Source of the DNA: Tubulanus polymorphus
Taxonomy: Eukaryota; Animalia; Nemertea
Direction of reading: 5' to 3'
NCBI RefSeq assembly: GCF_964204645.1
Contig: NC_134033.1
Location: forward strand, 5,170,231 to 5,234,230
DNA length: 64,000 bases
In this document: in pieces, positions 51,869 to 64,000 of the stretch
Layout: the number at the start of each line of letters is the position of its first letter
Numbering within the stretch: position 1 is the first letter of the stretch
Position numbers and translations under genes: made by a program
The notes under the pieces: model-generated
Told to the model about the DNA's origin: nothing
Seen by the model: only the letters and a program-made list of their open reading frames with translations
Database searches by the model: none

Positions 51869-52088
51869 TGGGCTCACTGTCAACAACAACACTGGCAATA
51901 TGTCCCCATGGACGCCTTGGACTCCGTGCAACACCGACTGCGTCTCCACACGAAGCAGATTCTGCAAGTGCGACACCAGACTCCGTATCAACCCGATTCA
52001 TCAATGCAGCCCGGGTACCGACCAGAGAGGCATCGAAACAGTGTCGAGAAACTGCCCGCGTGACCGTCTTTTCGGTAGATGCGATTAG
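51869..52088 (+). pseudogene. Orphan TSP1 exon of a pseudo-astacin paralogue
   Basis: Near-identical to 30779-30984, but the acceptor is mutated tag>taa and there is a short frameshifting insertion at ~51879-51890. Confidence 0.85.
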
Positions 52089-52559
52089 TCGACTTTTAAA
52101 AATGTAGTTTAGTCAAATTTTGAGAATAAAGTCTCTAAAATTATAGATTTAAGTTAAATATTCTAAGGTATTATCAGATTTCCATCCTTGTATCTATACG
52201 TAAAACCGGAACCACAAGATATCCGAAGGACCGAATATCCGAACAGCTTTCGTACAACCCATACACTACACTACGGCAATGAACAGGGCTCGAACCCACG
52301 ACCTGGCAACCGAGAGACGCTTTAAACTCTCGGCTACACCGCCGTTTCACAGTTAAAAGATATATTTTTGATGGTATCAATCAATAGTTCGCTTGATCCA
52401 AAAGATAAGTTATTTACTTTGACGCCTCTTAATTCGTTTTATTTCGAACTTTTTTAACTTAAATAGTAGTTATTTTAGAACCATCGCGCCCATTGAATTT
52501 AAAGCTTCCTTTACTAAAAAAAAGAGCCTAGACCCTAGAGCCAAACACAGCGCAAATCA

Positions 52560-53400
52560 CTAAAATGTCAACTTACCAGTTCATGAGTGCAGCTTACGAT
52601 GATTTCAATCAGATATTATACATTTTTTGAAGATATCTTTATTCGAGCATACTAAGCTCCGTCGGGATAAGATATTTCAGTATTAGCCCATTGACAGCAA
52701 CCAGGTCCCGAGGAAGTGAGGAAGGTCTGCAGTCCGCTGTGTAATCGTTGGTTTAGTCCAGTTGTATTGACAGCGATCGGGTCCCGAGGAAGAAATCTGT
52801 AGAAACACGAAGGCCACCATCAATTTTCAATTTGACTCGATACATATACATTGTATATATAGTCAGTTAGATCTAGTATCAAATAAGAACAAATCTACTC
52901 ACCACTAAATCTCTGTTTGAAGCGTCATGGATTTCGAAAGGTCTTGAGTCGACAATGTTTTAGTTTAGTCAGCTTCGCGTTGTTGACATCAATCGGGTCG
53001 CAATTGAGGAACAACTGATCTGAAAATCAACAATTCCATTAATTCTACATTTTCTAATTCCGACTGGAAGAATAGGTTAGACTGAGTGGGATCCCTGACA
53101 GGCTATCAACACGGTAAATATTCCCCTAGGCCACTTCGTTGACCCCTTATTGAGTTAAGTAGACTCATCTTTTCAGTTTGAAAACAAATCTTATAGATTG
53201 ACAAAACTGTTTTTAGATTCAACTCACCTAACCGCGCCGGAGGACTGGACATATATGCGCGTGTATAGTGAATTCAACGTATGTTAACGAACGCAACCAC
53301 GTGATTTCAAAGACCAATAACAATAACAGGACACAATATGAACTGAGTTTGTCATAATGCGGTTCAATGGACAGTGTAAATTGCGCTACCGGCACCACTG
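52560..53400 (-). ncRNA. Copy F of the spliced unit (candidate lncRNA)
   Basis: Highly similar to 31550-32420, with the same splice signals. Confidence 0.4.
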
Positions 53401-53479
53401 CGTACACTCAGTGGTAATATCTATACATATTACCAAAACTGATATCACGAACAAATAAAAATACACTTAATATCCCCAT

Positions 53480-53690
53480 TGCCTCTCTCCACCCAGGAGT
53501 AAAATGGGTACCTGGCCAATATTTTACTCCCGATCTCTTATAAGTTGCTGGAATCATCTCACCAGGAAGAGATGACCGATAAATGGTTGAGTTTATAGGC
53601 TGGAAATAATGGTACTGGAAAGTAAAGCGCTCTGAGCAGCTTCCCTGGATTTAGCGCTAAATGAGACACAACATTAATATCATTATAATC
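53480..53690 (+). mobile_element. SINE body/tail fragment (Nin/Deu-like core plus L2-type tail)
   Basis: ctctctccacccaggagtaaaatgggtacc core and gtaaagcgctctgag...agcgctaaat tail. Partial copies at ~32480, ~41280-41400 and ~50180-50280. Confidence 0.55.
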
Positions 53691-54297
53691 ATCATTGAAA
53701 TTTCCAAATTTCGAAAAAGAATTCTCCCATGATCAACAGTACAAATTTGGTTTTCACTAATAAATGTCTATGAATTTTGACATTCGCATTTTTATTTAAA
53801 TTTTCATCTGTTGGTATTGTTGATTGGTTTAAAAAGCCATTCATCATCATATGGACCGTGTCGATGATCTCTAGGCTGCGCCGGTCGCCGTGACGTTTAT
53901 TACGGGGGTTATTGCCAAAAACAACAACGTTTACAGGCGGGACAAATTAAATCTGCTTATCGCGCTTTATCAATGATTTCATTAATGGCTAAAGACTGGT
54001 CTGATAGGAAAAATAATTTTATAACTTAAAAACGTATTAATAACTCCTATTGCGCCGTCTTCAGTCTAGACTGGCATCTGAAATTGCTTTAACCATTATA
54101 AGTTCAAGTAGTGTTGTAGATTGTCTAAGTTTCAACTATATACTCTACATAAACCACTAATACGCATTATATTTCATCCACCGATATTTTGATAGATATT
54201 ATGTGTATTCGACTGAAAAGATTATTCTTGACTGATATCATCAATCATATTTTATATAGAACGATTACCACACTCAAACGTGGTGAACGGATATTAA

Positions 54298-54495
54298 GAT
54301 AAAAAACCCACTATCTACAAATTTAAAAGAATTTAAAAACAAGAAATTTATTTATTCGAACAATCTAAAATATATAAAATACACGGCGTTTCGATCTCAT
54401 ACTAGAGATCATCGTTAAAAAATTATAAAAGATAAATTTCTTGTTTTTAAATTCTTTTGATTTGGATTGTGGTTTTTGATTGCGGGTTTTTATCT
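54298..54495. repeat. Inverted repeat (Penelope-like remnant)
   Basis: Perfect 27-bp inverted pair at 54325-54351/54432-54458 enclosing a hammerhead-like hairpin on the minus strand. Confidence 0.6.
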
Positions 54496-55244
54496 TATCA
54501 TACTTTATACAACATATCGCAGTATCCACAGGTCTATAAATTGTTTGAGATGAAAGTTTTCCACCTCTTTAATAGCCGATCTACTCTACGTTGAGGTACT
54601 AAACCAGACTGCCGTTTGATAAATCGTTCAATTCGTTACCCATAAATTCAATTTTGAACTCTTTTCTACACCGTTTTACATTCGAACCTTTGATATCTAA
54701 AATCAGCCAAGACACGAAACAATTTTGTCTGAAATGGTTGCACTCTGCTTACCTACATCGTGCACTTCCATCAGCTACGTAATCAGGTTTAATTAGTTTT
54801 TTTTACAATGGGGTACCGGCAACGCTACTGTGGCGAGCGGAATTCCGCCGTAAACCGCCAGGTGTCACTAGTGTACAGTACGACGTCGACGCCGGATTTC
54901 TTCTCAAACTCAATTTAAATATGACAATAATTTCTCAGATTCTATGCATGATACATGAAAACCGTGGTACACACGAACTCTTAAGACTCAGTAGAGTTTA
55001 TTTCGATGCGTGATTTGCCCAATTTCTGGATTGGGAGACCGAAAATTGAGATGAAAGTTACTTGAAACGAACTCGTTTTGATCGAGTGCGTCTGATATCT
55101 CAGTGGCGACATCTGACGGGATACCTGGTGTGACCGGTTCCCCATTCGTAGTCAGTCTAACGGCGGTTGGACATTTTCCAATAGTGCCCCGAAAATGTGA
55201 AACAAGCTTCCTGTCAGCCTTCAGGAAATCACGAGTTGTTGTTA

Positions 55245-55555
55245 AACACCCCTCAAAGCTGTGGTGGGAGGTTCCTGGTGAACTCCCCTCACAACTGTCC
55301 TAGGAGTGAGGGACTATCGCAGAGACATGGGTTTTTGGTAAATCCCTTACCGCTGTGCTAGGTGTAGGGTGACTTGAATGGGTTATTGCTGAACCCCTCA
55401 CAGCTGTGCCGGGAATAAGCGACTAGAACAGACACGTGGATTCCTCGAGAACAACCCTCACAGCTGTAGTGGGAGTGAGGACTATAACAGACACATGGAT
55501 TCTTGGAGAACTCCCCTCGAATTGCTGTACCCGGAGTAAGGGACTAGAAGAGGCA
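55245..55555. repeat. ~60-bp degenerate minisatellite
   Basis: About six ccctcacagctgt...gagtgagggact units. Confidence 0.7.
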
Positions 55556-55841
55556 AGCACGCGTGAGGTACTTTCATTTTAAAAAGAATGAATGCAATCT
55601 GATCCAGGTTTCGGACTTGATTTTTTTCTTTTTATTTCGGCTCTCTGGGGTGACGCGGGCGGCTTCGCGCGATTTGATGAGAAACAAGATATCAACTTTG
55701 AAGTGCCCGATAGTTCCCATAAAACAACCAACTTTGTTTGGTATCTGAAATCATGCATCATTTATTTGAATATGTTAAAACGACTGGAATTCAGATTTTT
55801 CATACACACAGAATATAATTGGTAAAACCATTGTACGACTA

Positions 55842-58013
55842 CTACAGGCTAAAATCATCAAGGTCGGCTAAAGACTGTATGATAGCTTGCCTTGACTGCA
55901 TGCGACGATCTTTTTCAGAAATGATAACCTCTCTCAGGTTAGACACGTTATCTTCCACCATTTTCTCGAGTTGTCGTTTGCGTTCGGTTTTCGACAGCGC
56001 CACGTTCATTTTGAAGCGCTCGGTCGTTCCGTGCACGCTAGGTGGCGCTTCTTTCATCATCTCGCGCCTCCATTGCGCCATCCGCGGCTCGACGACGTCC
56101 GACAGTTTCGGCTGCGCGTTCGAGCTCTGCTTGCGAGACGGGGGAGCGTCCGAGCGAATTTTCCCGGTCGAGTCCAGCCGAACCGCCACCTCGCCCGACG
56201 TTCCTCCCGTACTCAAAACAGCCCGCGTGCGACTCGAACTTACTTTCCGTTCGCGATTGTTCGTTTCGACGCCACCTAGCGGTTCCGGCCGCGTTATCTC
56301 TTTCGAGCCAGTAGAGGTCGCTTTCGCGTGATGTCGCTTAGGTTGTTCTTTTTCGAACGAAACGCGTCGTACTAAAGGCTTATGTTCTATTCGTTTCACC
56401 CCGGACGCTTCCCCCGTATGTCTTACCCACGACACCAGCGGCGCCATCATACTACTTATCTTTCGTTCGCTGCTTATTTTCCGTTCAGACTTTTCGCCGC
56501 CTTCCTCGCCGTGACCGTCTTGAGATACGGCACTTATTTTACGGTTGCGGCTTGTCTTTCGTTGTTGTGGATCGTTGCCATTTGCGTTGCTGATTTTACG
56601 AGCTTGTCGGTCAGCAGTGACCGCAACGGTCGACCTCTTCAGCGGTCGATACTCTTCCATATCCGCCCTGAATCCAACATCACTTACCGCAGCCGCCTCC
56701 ACGTCTTCTGGCTCTATTTCACCGTGACCGCTAGGCTTATCTTCGCTTTGCTCGCTGGGACCGACATGCAGCCGAGTCTCCCCCGCATCGGAAGCGGCGT
56801 CTACGGCTGGTTGAGAATCACCGGCCGCCGAGGACCAGTGCACCTTTCTTGCAATATCCGTAGAGTTCTCTACACCATTGTCTCGAGAATCTACCGCCGT
56901 CAGGTCGTTGGCGATTTTAACTCTGTCCAGCAGTTCTTCGTCGTCGATTTTTTCGCGGTTGTCACGTCTGACTATTTCACTAGTTGCCGATAATCTCGTC
57001 GCGCAGTCGTCGTTCGTTCGTTTCAAAATCGATTTCACGTTTAAATGCTCGACGGCGTCGTTCTTGTCGTCCGTCGTTGTTTCGCGCTCGGGGGATTCTG
57101 CCGTCTGCTCGGCTCGCAGATTATCGCAGGATGCCGACTGTTGCCTCGACGATCGCGCCTTCTTATCGCGCGATTCTAACGACCGTTTCGTGTTAACGCG
57201 CTTGAACAGTTTTTCATCGCCCGACGCGGAAGCGGTTCTCGGTCTGTTCGACCCGGTACTCCGGGTACGCCGTTGTCCTAGTTCGATAGCGCTGGCCGGT
57301 CGTATCAGACGCGAACTCGACTTCGATTTCTGCTTTCGAGACACTCGATTCGCGTATTTCCTCGCCTCGTAGCTCTGCCACGATTCGACCGAGAACGCCG
57401 ATGTTACCGACCCCGGGCGCCCTCGTTTGATCTTGTGGTTATTTTGTTCTTTATAGGCGGCGTCCAGTTCCTCTTTCAGACAGGCGAACACGTCGACCGG
57501 TTCGCTTTCTTTTACCGTTACATCCAAGTCGACCACGGACGCTCGCATTGCCTGGTCCGCGGCCTCCTTCATTTCGGCCTCGCCCGCCTCGCGTCGGATC
57601 TCTTCCAACAACGCGTACAGCGACCTCTGTCGTTCGGATTCGTCTTCTTTGTCCTTCAAGCCGACGCTACTGACGCCCAGCGCCCGCGTTAAGAATTCCT
57701 CTTTCACGCGCCACCGCTGCAATCGCTGATCGCTTATCAGTTGCCCGCGACGGTAATATTCCGAGCTTATCACGTGCTTATCATGCAGCCGGCTCGGTTC
57801 GCTTTCCGTGCTCAACCCGGTGGTGGTTTTAACCGTTTTCAGATGTTTGAAAATGTCCTTTTTCTCTTTGTGAACGAGAAAGCGCGTGTGCTGGCGTTCT
57901 CGATCCAACAGTCGTAATCTCAGTTCCAGATGCGCTTTCTCACGTCTGTTCTTCCTGTCCGCCTGCACGGTGCGATTCGACTGCACTTTGTTTTTCTCAG
58001 TTATCACGACCAT
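55842..58013 (-). CDS. Uncharacterised 723-aa protein: N-terminal coiled coil plus long charged, disordered region
   Basis: 2.2-kb GC-richer open frame. Acceptor tttcag|gtcgaaATG places the real start at MVVITEK (58013). No recognisable catalytic domain. Confidence 0.75.
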   Translation of the reverse strand: MVVITEKNKVQSNRTVQADRKNRREKAHLELRLRLLDRERQHTRFLVHKEKKDIFKHLKTVKTTTGLSTESEPSRLHDKHVISSEYYRRGQLISDQRLQRWRVKEEFLTRALGVSSVGLKDKEDESERQRSLYALLEEIRREAGEAEMKEAADQAMRASVVDLDVTVKESEPVDVFACLKEELDAAYKEQNNHKIKRGRPGSVTSAFSVESWQSYEARKYANRVSRKQKSKSSSRLIRPASAIELGQRRTRSTGSNRPRTASASGDEKLFKRVNTKRSLESRDKKARSSRQQSASCDNLRAEQTAESPERETTTDDKNDAVEHLNVKSILKRTNDDCATRLSATSEIVRRDNREKIDDEELLDRVKIANDLTAVDSRDNGVENSTDIARKVHWSSAAGDSQPAVDAASDAGETRLHVGPSEQSEDKPSGHGEIEPEDVEAAAVSDVGFRADMEEYRPLKRSTVAVTADRQARKISNANGNDPQQRKTSRNRKISAVSQDGHGEEGGEKSERKISSERKISSMMAPLVSWVRHTGEASGVKRIEHKPLVRRVSFEKEQPKRHHAKATSTGSKEITRPEPLGGVETNNRERKVSSSRTRAVLSTGGTSGEVAVRLDSTGKIRSDAPPSRKQSSNAQPKLSDVVEPRMAQWRREMMKEAPPSVHGTTERFKMNVALSKTERKRQLEKMVEDNVSNLREVIISEKDRRMQSRQAIIQSLADLDDFSL

Positions 58014-59739
58014 TTCGACCTGAAAAGATACACAACAAAAATGAAGATGAAAAACGATTATGAAATATAGGCAGCTCGCGGACGGTAATGTCAACGGATC
58101 GAATTGTTGTGACTTCACGAAGTGCTGCGCAGCATCTACAATCGTATATCATCCGATTGCCGATTGTCGAATCGAGAAATGGTCGACTGTCAGGTTTACA
58201 TGATTGCCGATTGTCGATTGTCGACCCGAGAGGAGAACTGGTCGACAATCGAGATTTCTGAATGCCGATTGCCAATTGTCGATTCGAGAAATGGTCGGCA
58301 ATCGGCAATCAGAAACGGTCGATTATCGATTTTTTCGACTCTAAGTACCGAATGAGAGGGGGTGTTCGGCCGGTATCGAACGAACCCCCTTAATGTTCCA
58401 AGTTCCCTTCAACAACTCAGCGTTGAAAAATTTGGGTCAAGATTTTTTCGAAATTTGGATACAATTTTCATGTATATTTTTGGAAATTGAAAATTAATCC
58501 ATTCTCACATTATTTATTCAGTTACCCGGGCATTTCGTATTAACGATCTGTCCTTTTTCAATAGAAGAGTGTCCTTTTTGCGATGAAAAGTGCCTTTTTT
58601 CTTGAGGACCGCCCCTCAAAAAAGCTCGGCACGGGCATGCTTTACAAATCTCAAAGGAAAAAAAACGTCAACACCTCCACCCGTGGAAGTGGTTGTTTCC
58701 ACAGTGATCTACGGCGCTCAATGATCCTGGTGTAACCACCTCCTAAATTCACCCTTACTTTTCTTAGAATCTGGTAGATTACAGACACAGAAAGTTCTCG
58801 GCGAACAAAACCCAGTCCTGATAAGGGATTGCCAATCTAGTGCAATCTACGATGTTTGTATTCGATCGGGGCCATCAGTTCACATAACACACCCGAAGTA
58901 GCCTATTTTCAACATTTTTAATCCCAGGATTGATACTCGCAAATATATAGTGAAGTTCGGTGTCAAATCAAATCTACACAACTGTAGAACTGGATCTAGT
59001 GTCATATAAAAACCCTGCCCACGCAACTGTGGAATTAGGTTCAAAGACAAATTAGACCCACGAAATAATTGTGAAACTGAATCCATAGTATAACAAATGT
59101 TAAAAATCCTCACTTAACTGTGAAACTAAATCATTACTCGTAGTTCCACACTTGAATAGAATGGAATCATATAAACATAAATTGTGAAACTGGTCGAAAA
59201 AGGGACTCGAGTCAAATTGAACTTACAACTATTCGTTTAGATCCAAAGTTCCTGCAATTGTTGCTAAGAGGTTGTAAATCCTGAAGGGCTTTTTCAGCTC
59301 CCGCTGTTATCAACAAATGTCTAAGGAGTTTCCGCGTATCTAAGCAGCAGCAGCAGCAGCAGCAGCCGCTACGCTATAAACCTCTCATGTCGCGTGTTTA
59401 ATGTATATAAGATATTTATGAACACAATTAATCCTTTTTCCGATAAATCTTCGATTTATTACTGATTATTCACGACGACACGACGACAGGGAATTGATTC
59501 TTTAATCAAAACGTGGAACTTCGAGCACGCAACTGAAACAAATCGAACGAACCAAAGCGAGCCAAATTCCCGCGTTCATCATATCATGTTTAGTTAAATG
59601 GTCAGTTTAAGATATTTGCTTTAAAAGCCCAAAACGTTGAATTCTAGTAATTGGTAGATTCTTTGATTACTTTGAAGGTATGTTATACGTGTATATCACT
59701 GATTGTGTTTGCTAACAACCACTACTCGTAGCGTAGTCC

Positions 59740-60560
59740 ATCCTCCCCGGGCAGGGATTCGAACCTGATGGCATCGAGATTGTCACGATACGAAACCCTG
59801 GAATGTAGTTAAAATATCCCGGGAAAAAATGTCCCCGGAAAAAATGTCCCAGGAAAAAATATCCCGGGAAAAATGTCCCATAAGGTAGAAAAAAATGTCC
59901 CAGTCTATCATTACTAGTTTAGTAAATTTCACATCAAAATAACACCAGAGAACAAACTTGTTGTGTAAATTGCACACTTACCATGAAAAGGAATTCATTG
60001 AGTGACCATGAGAATTATAGGCCTAAAATTTGGCATTAATTGATTTTTCCTATTGAGAACATGTGAACTCATTACATGATACTTCAAAATTAAGAAGATG
60101 TTGCATCTATAATACAAATAATTACATCAAAGCAGAACCATTATTTGTAATCAAATGTTGAAATTGTTATTAAAATATATTACCAAGTCTGTTTTCTTGT
60201 GTTATTATGATGTTAAATCAACTACATTACCAAGTTAGTAATGATAGACTGGGACATTTTCCCGGGGACATTTTTACCGTATACCGAAACCCTGCCACAC
60301 TAGACCGAATGCGCAGCTATACGCGCAGCTAAGATAATGTCATTAATATTAGCCTTTTCATTTTAGCCCGGGTTTTCCCATTTATAGTTCTTCCATGGAA
60401 TTTACCTCAGCGATTATACAACGAGCAATCTGATTGGTGCCGCAAGTTTTCGTGCGCAAAGCTGCGCATGTACCTGCGCACCCGGTCTAGTGCGGCAGGG
60501 GTTCGTGCCATAGCTGAGTGTAGCGATGCCATCAGGTTCGAATCCCTGCCTGGGGAAGTC
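59740..60560. mobile_element. Second copy of the 34824-35140 MITE, interrupted by a nested insertion
   Basis: TIR catcctccccgggcagggattcgaacctgatggcatcg ... cgatgccatcaggttcgaatccctgcctgggga. Confidence 0.75.
59800..60285. mobile_element. Nested non-autonomous DNA transposon with 8-9-bp TSD
   Basis: (c)gaaaccct duplicated on both sides. Imperfect TIRs with ~15-bp subterminal repeats aaaaatgtccc/gggacattttt. Confidence 0.8.
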
Positions 60561-63059
60561 AGGATGAGTGTAGTCAAGCCGAACGCGACGGCACAGGCGC
60601 GCGTTAACTCCAGCTAGCCGAGCGGAGGTCCATGACGTTCAAACCACATCTCTAGCTCTTGACTATCGTTTACGGTGACCTGATTGCGACGGAGAGCACA
60701 CAAGTTCTCGCGCCTTGGTCGTACAGTCCATATTGGCATTTAAACACGCAGATTCACATGACAGTTTCTACATCCCTATATCATTACCTTGATAGTTATT
60801 CAACCAAAGTAGTTTCTCAATCCTCATTATAATGTTGATAATCGCATGAGAGATCGCCGTAAGTTTCTACATCTCCATGTTCCAACTAATATTTTTCATA
60901 ATTCACTAGCTGTACGACAGCAAACTCTACCTCGTTTAGCTATGGCGCCGAAGCAATTTTTAACAGTCGCCGTTTATCAAATACGGATAATTCACGTAAA
61001 TGGTTCGGTTTTTACGTGATGGTTTTCATAAACGCGAATGACGCGCGTCTGTCAACAAACGCGGGCGTCGTAAACAAACAATGACGTCACGTGTTCTCTA
61101 TACGAGCGCTACTGTACTAAAGCGTGACAAACCGATTCTCGAGTATCAACAGAAATGATATGAACGGAGCTGCTGCGTATACAATTAAGAGATGGACATA
61201 GAATGTGCGCATATCATATAGCTGACTGAAGATCGCCACTCTGAAATGATTAGACTCCATAAAATGGATGTAAACCCACGGGCAGACCATGGACTCTAAA
61301 ACGATGATTCCTTGGGATCTAGGAAAATTGAAAGCCGGGGTTCTGGACGAGGAATTATTTTCAGATAAAGTGGGGCGTCGTTAGCTATAGAGGGGTCCCT
61401 TCCTATGTGTTGGTGTTGAATATTTTTGAAGAAAGAAATATACAGTTTCTAAGAGGATGAGCATGAAATTTGCTGGTTTCACGAAAAGGGCAACCTCATT
61501 AGGAAGGCAGGGACCGGACCACCAATGCGTGAAAACACGTCCATGAAACTATTCGTAAGAGGTAATGTACTCACTAATGCTGACTTACCTCATCAAACAC
61601 GGACACAAATTAGTTATCTATTTTGTCAAATAGAATCCAAATGTAAAGCGTTATATGAAGACGTGCGAAAACGCCCTGGGACATAAGTTTACAACCCAAA
61701 TAGTCGATGTTTTTTTTTTCAAATTAACCAACTCCAAATACCGGTTTTCTCAGTTACAGCGATGTTCGAGATTTATTCCGAGTTGCCGGGTAAGCCGAAA
61801 TAAACTATAATCCCATAACTTATATCATAGGAAAGTATATTGTTTCTTACAAACGTCATCATTCTGAAGGAGCGGAATAAGTCGGAATGAACTGCTCTCG
61901 GTACCTCTAACTAAGAGCTTAACTTTTTTGTCTTTTTCTTAAACTCACTCGGAATAAACCGCGAAAAATCATTTTTAACTGAGAAAATTATATCATTACG
62001 AATAACTAATACTCGAATAAAAACCTCGAAAATGTTTTTAATGAAAAAAAACTCTATTGATGCGAATTATTTACTAGAAAAAAACCTCGAAAATGTTGTT
62101 TATTTCCTCGGAAATAACTTAAAACGGGAAAAAACCTAGATCATTTCGAGTTACAAACTCGGTATTAAACTCAGAGTCATTCCTTTTAACGATAATCGTC
62201 CACGGGACGCTTCTGTACGCACGTATTACCGACGAACGAGGCAATAAAAAGTTCAACTCGATGATTTATACACCTGTCGAATTCTCGAAATCTTTGCGCG
62301 AAATACCCCTCGATTCTCTAATCGATCTACGTCGGCATTTTGCTTAAGTTCGTGGGAACGTTTCGCATTAGAAAAAAACCCTCTCATTAATTACGAAAGT
62401 GCCAATTTCGCCGATATGTTCTAAACAACGCTGTACATAATAGACCCCTATTAAGCATTTATAGAATTTTTATTTTTGTGAAAGTCTTTGTCGAATTACT
62501 TGCAGAAGTACAGCGCATCGACGCGCGATCGAGATCACTGGGTTATTGATGACACCGCGGGTCACAAGGATCGAGAAGTTTGTTTTAAAAAAAAGTGAAT
62601 TCTGGCTTGTAATGAAAACGCATTAATCATGTGACAAAGTGCACTTAATGGAAGAATGGGAGCCGATAGAGATAGTATATATCTATTTCTTTACGCTCGA
62701 GAATTCGTTTCAATCGTTTGAATTCTAATTCTAAATGTAAATGCTGTTCGTCATTAAGGGCAAGAGGGCTTATAAACCAAATCGGTCGGACCAGATATCA
62801 AGAACAAGTACGATCCTAAAGAAATATGCCTCATTTTATCTAAAGATCACAAGAATTTAAGAATCGTATTTAAGATATATATTTTCACGATCAACTGTGA
62901 AATATGTAACAATTTCTTATGAATCACGTTTCGTTTGTGTTATCGTGACTGGAAACCTATTCTATATAGTCTTGAAGGTGCTAACAATTATGTTGCATTT
63001 TTGGTCGATGTTCTAGCAATTTATTTAGAAAAAAATGACGTGTTATTTCAAACGACGTG

Positions 63060-64000
63060 TGAAATTAACATATTCGAACTACATTGTTCATTTCAATTAA
63101 AATCGCCTGACGTGTGATTTTTCCCATTAAAATGTCCCAAGTCCTTAACACACGTACGTACGTGGACCTTAGACATTGAACATTATTGTGATGAAATGCG
63201 TTTTGCTTGTGTACTGATAAAATGTCTAATATCTGGTGTTTTTGGTTTATTTTCAATTTACAAATGTCTCGGGTGAAGTAGTGAACACATGTGAAGTGTG
63301 GATGATCAGTTTTTGAAAGTGTGCTGATAAAATGTCTAATATCTGGTGTTTGTAGTTCATTTTCAATTAAAAATGTCTCTGGTGAAGAACTGAACACATG
63401 TGAAGTGTGGACGATCAGTTTTTGAAAGTGTGCTGATAAAATGTCTAATAACTGGTGTTTGTAGTTCATTTTCAATTATAAATGTCTCAGGTGAAGTTCT
63501 GAACACATGTGAAGTGTGGACGATCAGTTTTTGAAAGTGTGCTGATAAAATGTCTAATGTCTGGTGTTTGTAGTTCATATTCAATTAAAATTGTCTCAGG
63601 TGAAGTACTGAACACATGTGAAGTGTGGACGATCAGTTTTTGAAATTGTGTTGGTAAAATGCCTATGAATGTAAAGTGTATTTAATTCCTTTTCAATTGA
63701 AAATGTGTCGAGTGAACTTCTAAATACTTCAAGTGTGGACGATCAGTTTTAGTTGAAAAAGCGGCGAAAGAATAATTTAAATGTGTGTAATTACGTGTAT
63801 ATTTTGAAATGAATTAACATATCTAATGTAAAGTCCTGATTGCACGGTGTTGACGATACGTTTTTGAAAGTGTGATGATATAATTTCCAGTGTTCGTAGT
63901 TAATTTTCAATAATATTTAAAATGTCAAAATATTGTGAAGTCCTGAACAGACGTGTACTAGTGGACAATCACTTTCCAAAATCTAGTGACTAAAATCTTT
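63060..64000. repeat. 109-bp satellite array
   Basis: tgaacacatgtgaagtgtgg at 63282, 63391, 63500 and 63609, with degenerate units on both sides. Confidence 0.92.

Noticed and set aside
55819-57692. Plus-strand ORFs opposite the 723-aa gene (and those opposite the DIRS YR and GPCR genes)
   Set aside because: Antisense shadows of GC-richer coding sequence with no independent features.
63065-63584. Repetitive ORFs in the terminal array
   Set aside because: The 109-bp period shifts frame each unit; this is satellite DNA.

Overview
Eukaryotic, AT-rich, intron-containing invertebrate DNA (lophotrochozoan-like gene families, inferred); no prokaryotic operons, rRNA or CRISPR. Left part: the 3' end of a decayed DIRS1 tyrosine-recombinase retrotransposon with its inverted terminal structure, an orphan CUB-like exon, an intronless GRL101/LGR-type GPCR pseudogene, an intact L2/CR1/Crack-type LINE ORF2, and a two-exon Cys-rich class-B (Methuselah/adhesion-like) GPCR. 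The centre (~25.9-54 kb) is a ~9.2-kb tandem segmental array. Splicing by hand gives two intact 7-coding-exon genes (243 aa) for a secreted astacin-fold protein fused to a TSP1 domain. Its catalytic Glu, third His ligand, Met-turn exon and propeptide are all lost, yet the exons look conserved, so it appears to be a maintained pseudoprotease. Two broken remnants of this gene are also present. Each copy is followed tail-to-tail by a minus-strand unit (6 copies in the window) with conserved splice sites but no conserved ORF (candidate lncRNA family), and often by a decayed PAN/apple-domain gene. Right part: a FMRFamide-receptor-like class-A GPCR, an uncharacterised 723-aa low-complexity protein, LTRs, MITEs, SINE fragments and a 109-bp satellite.
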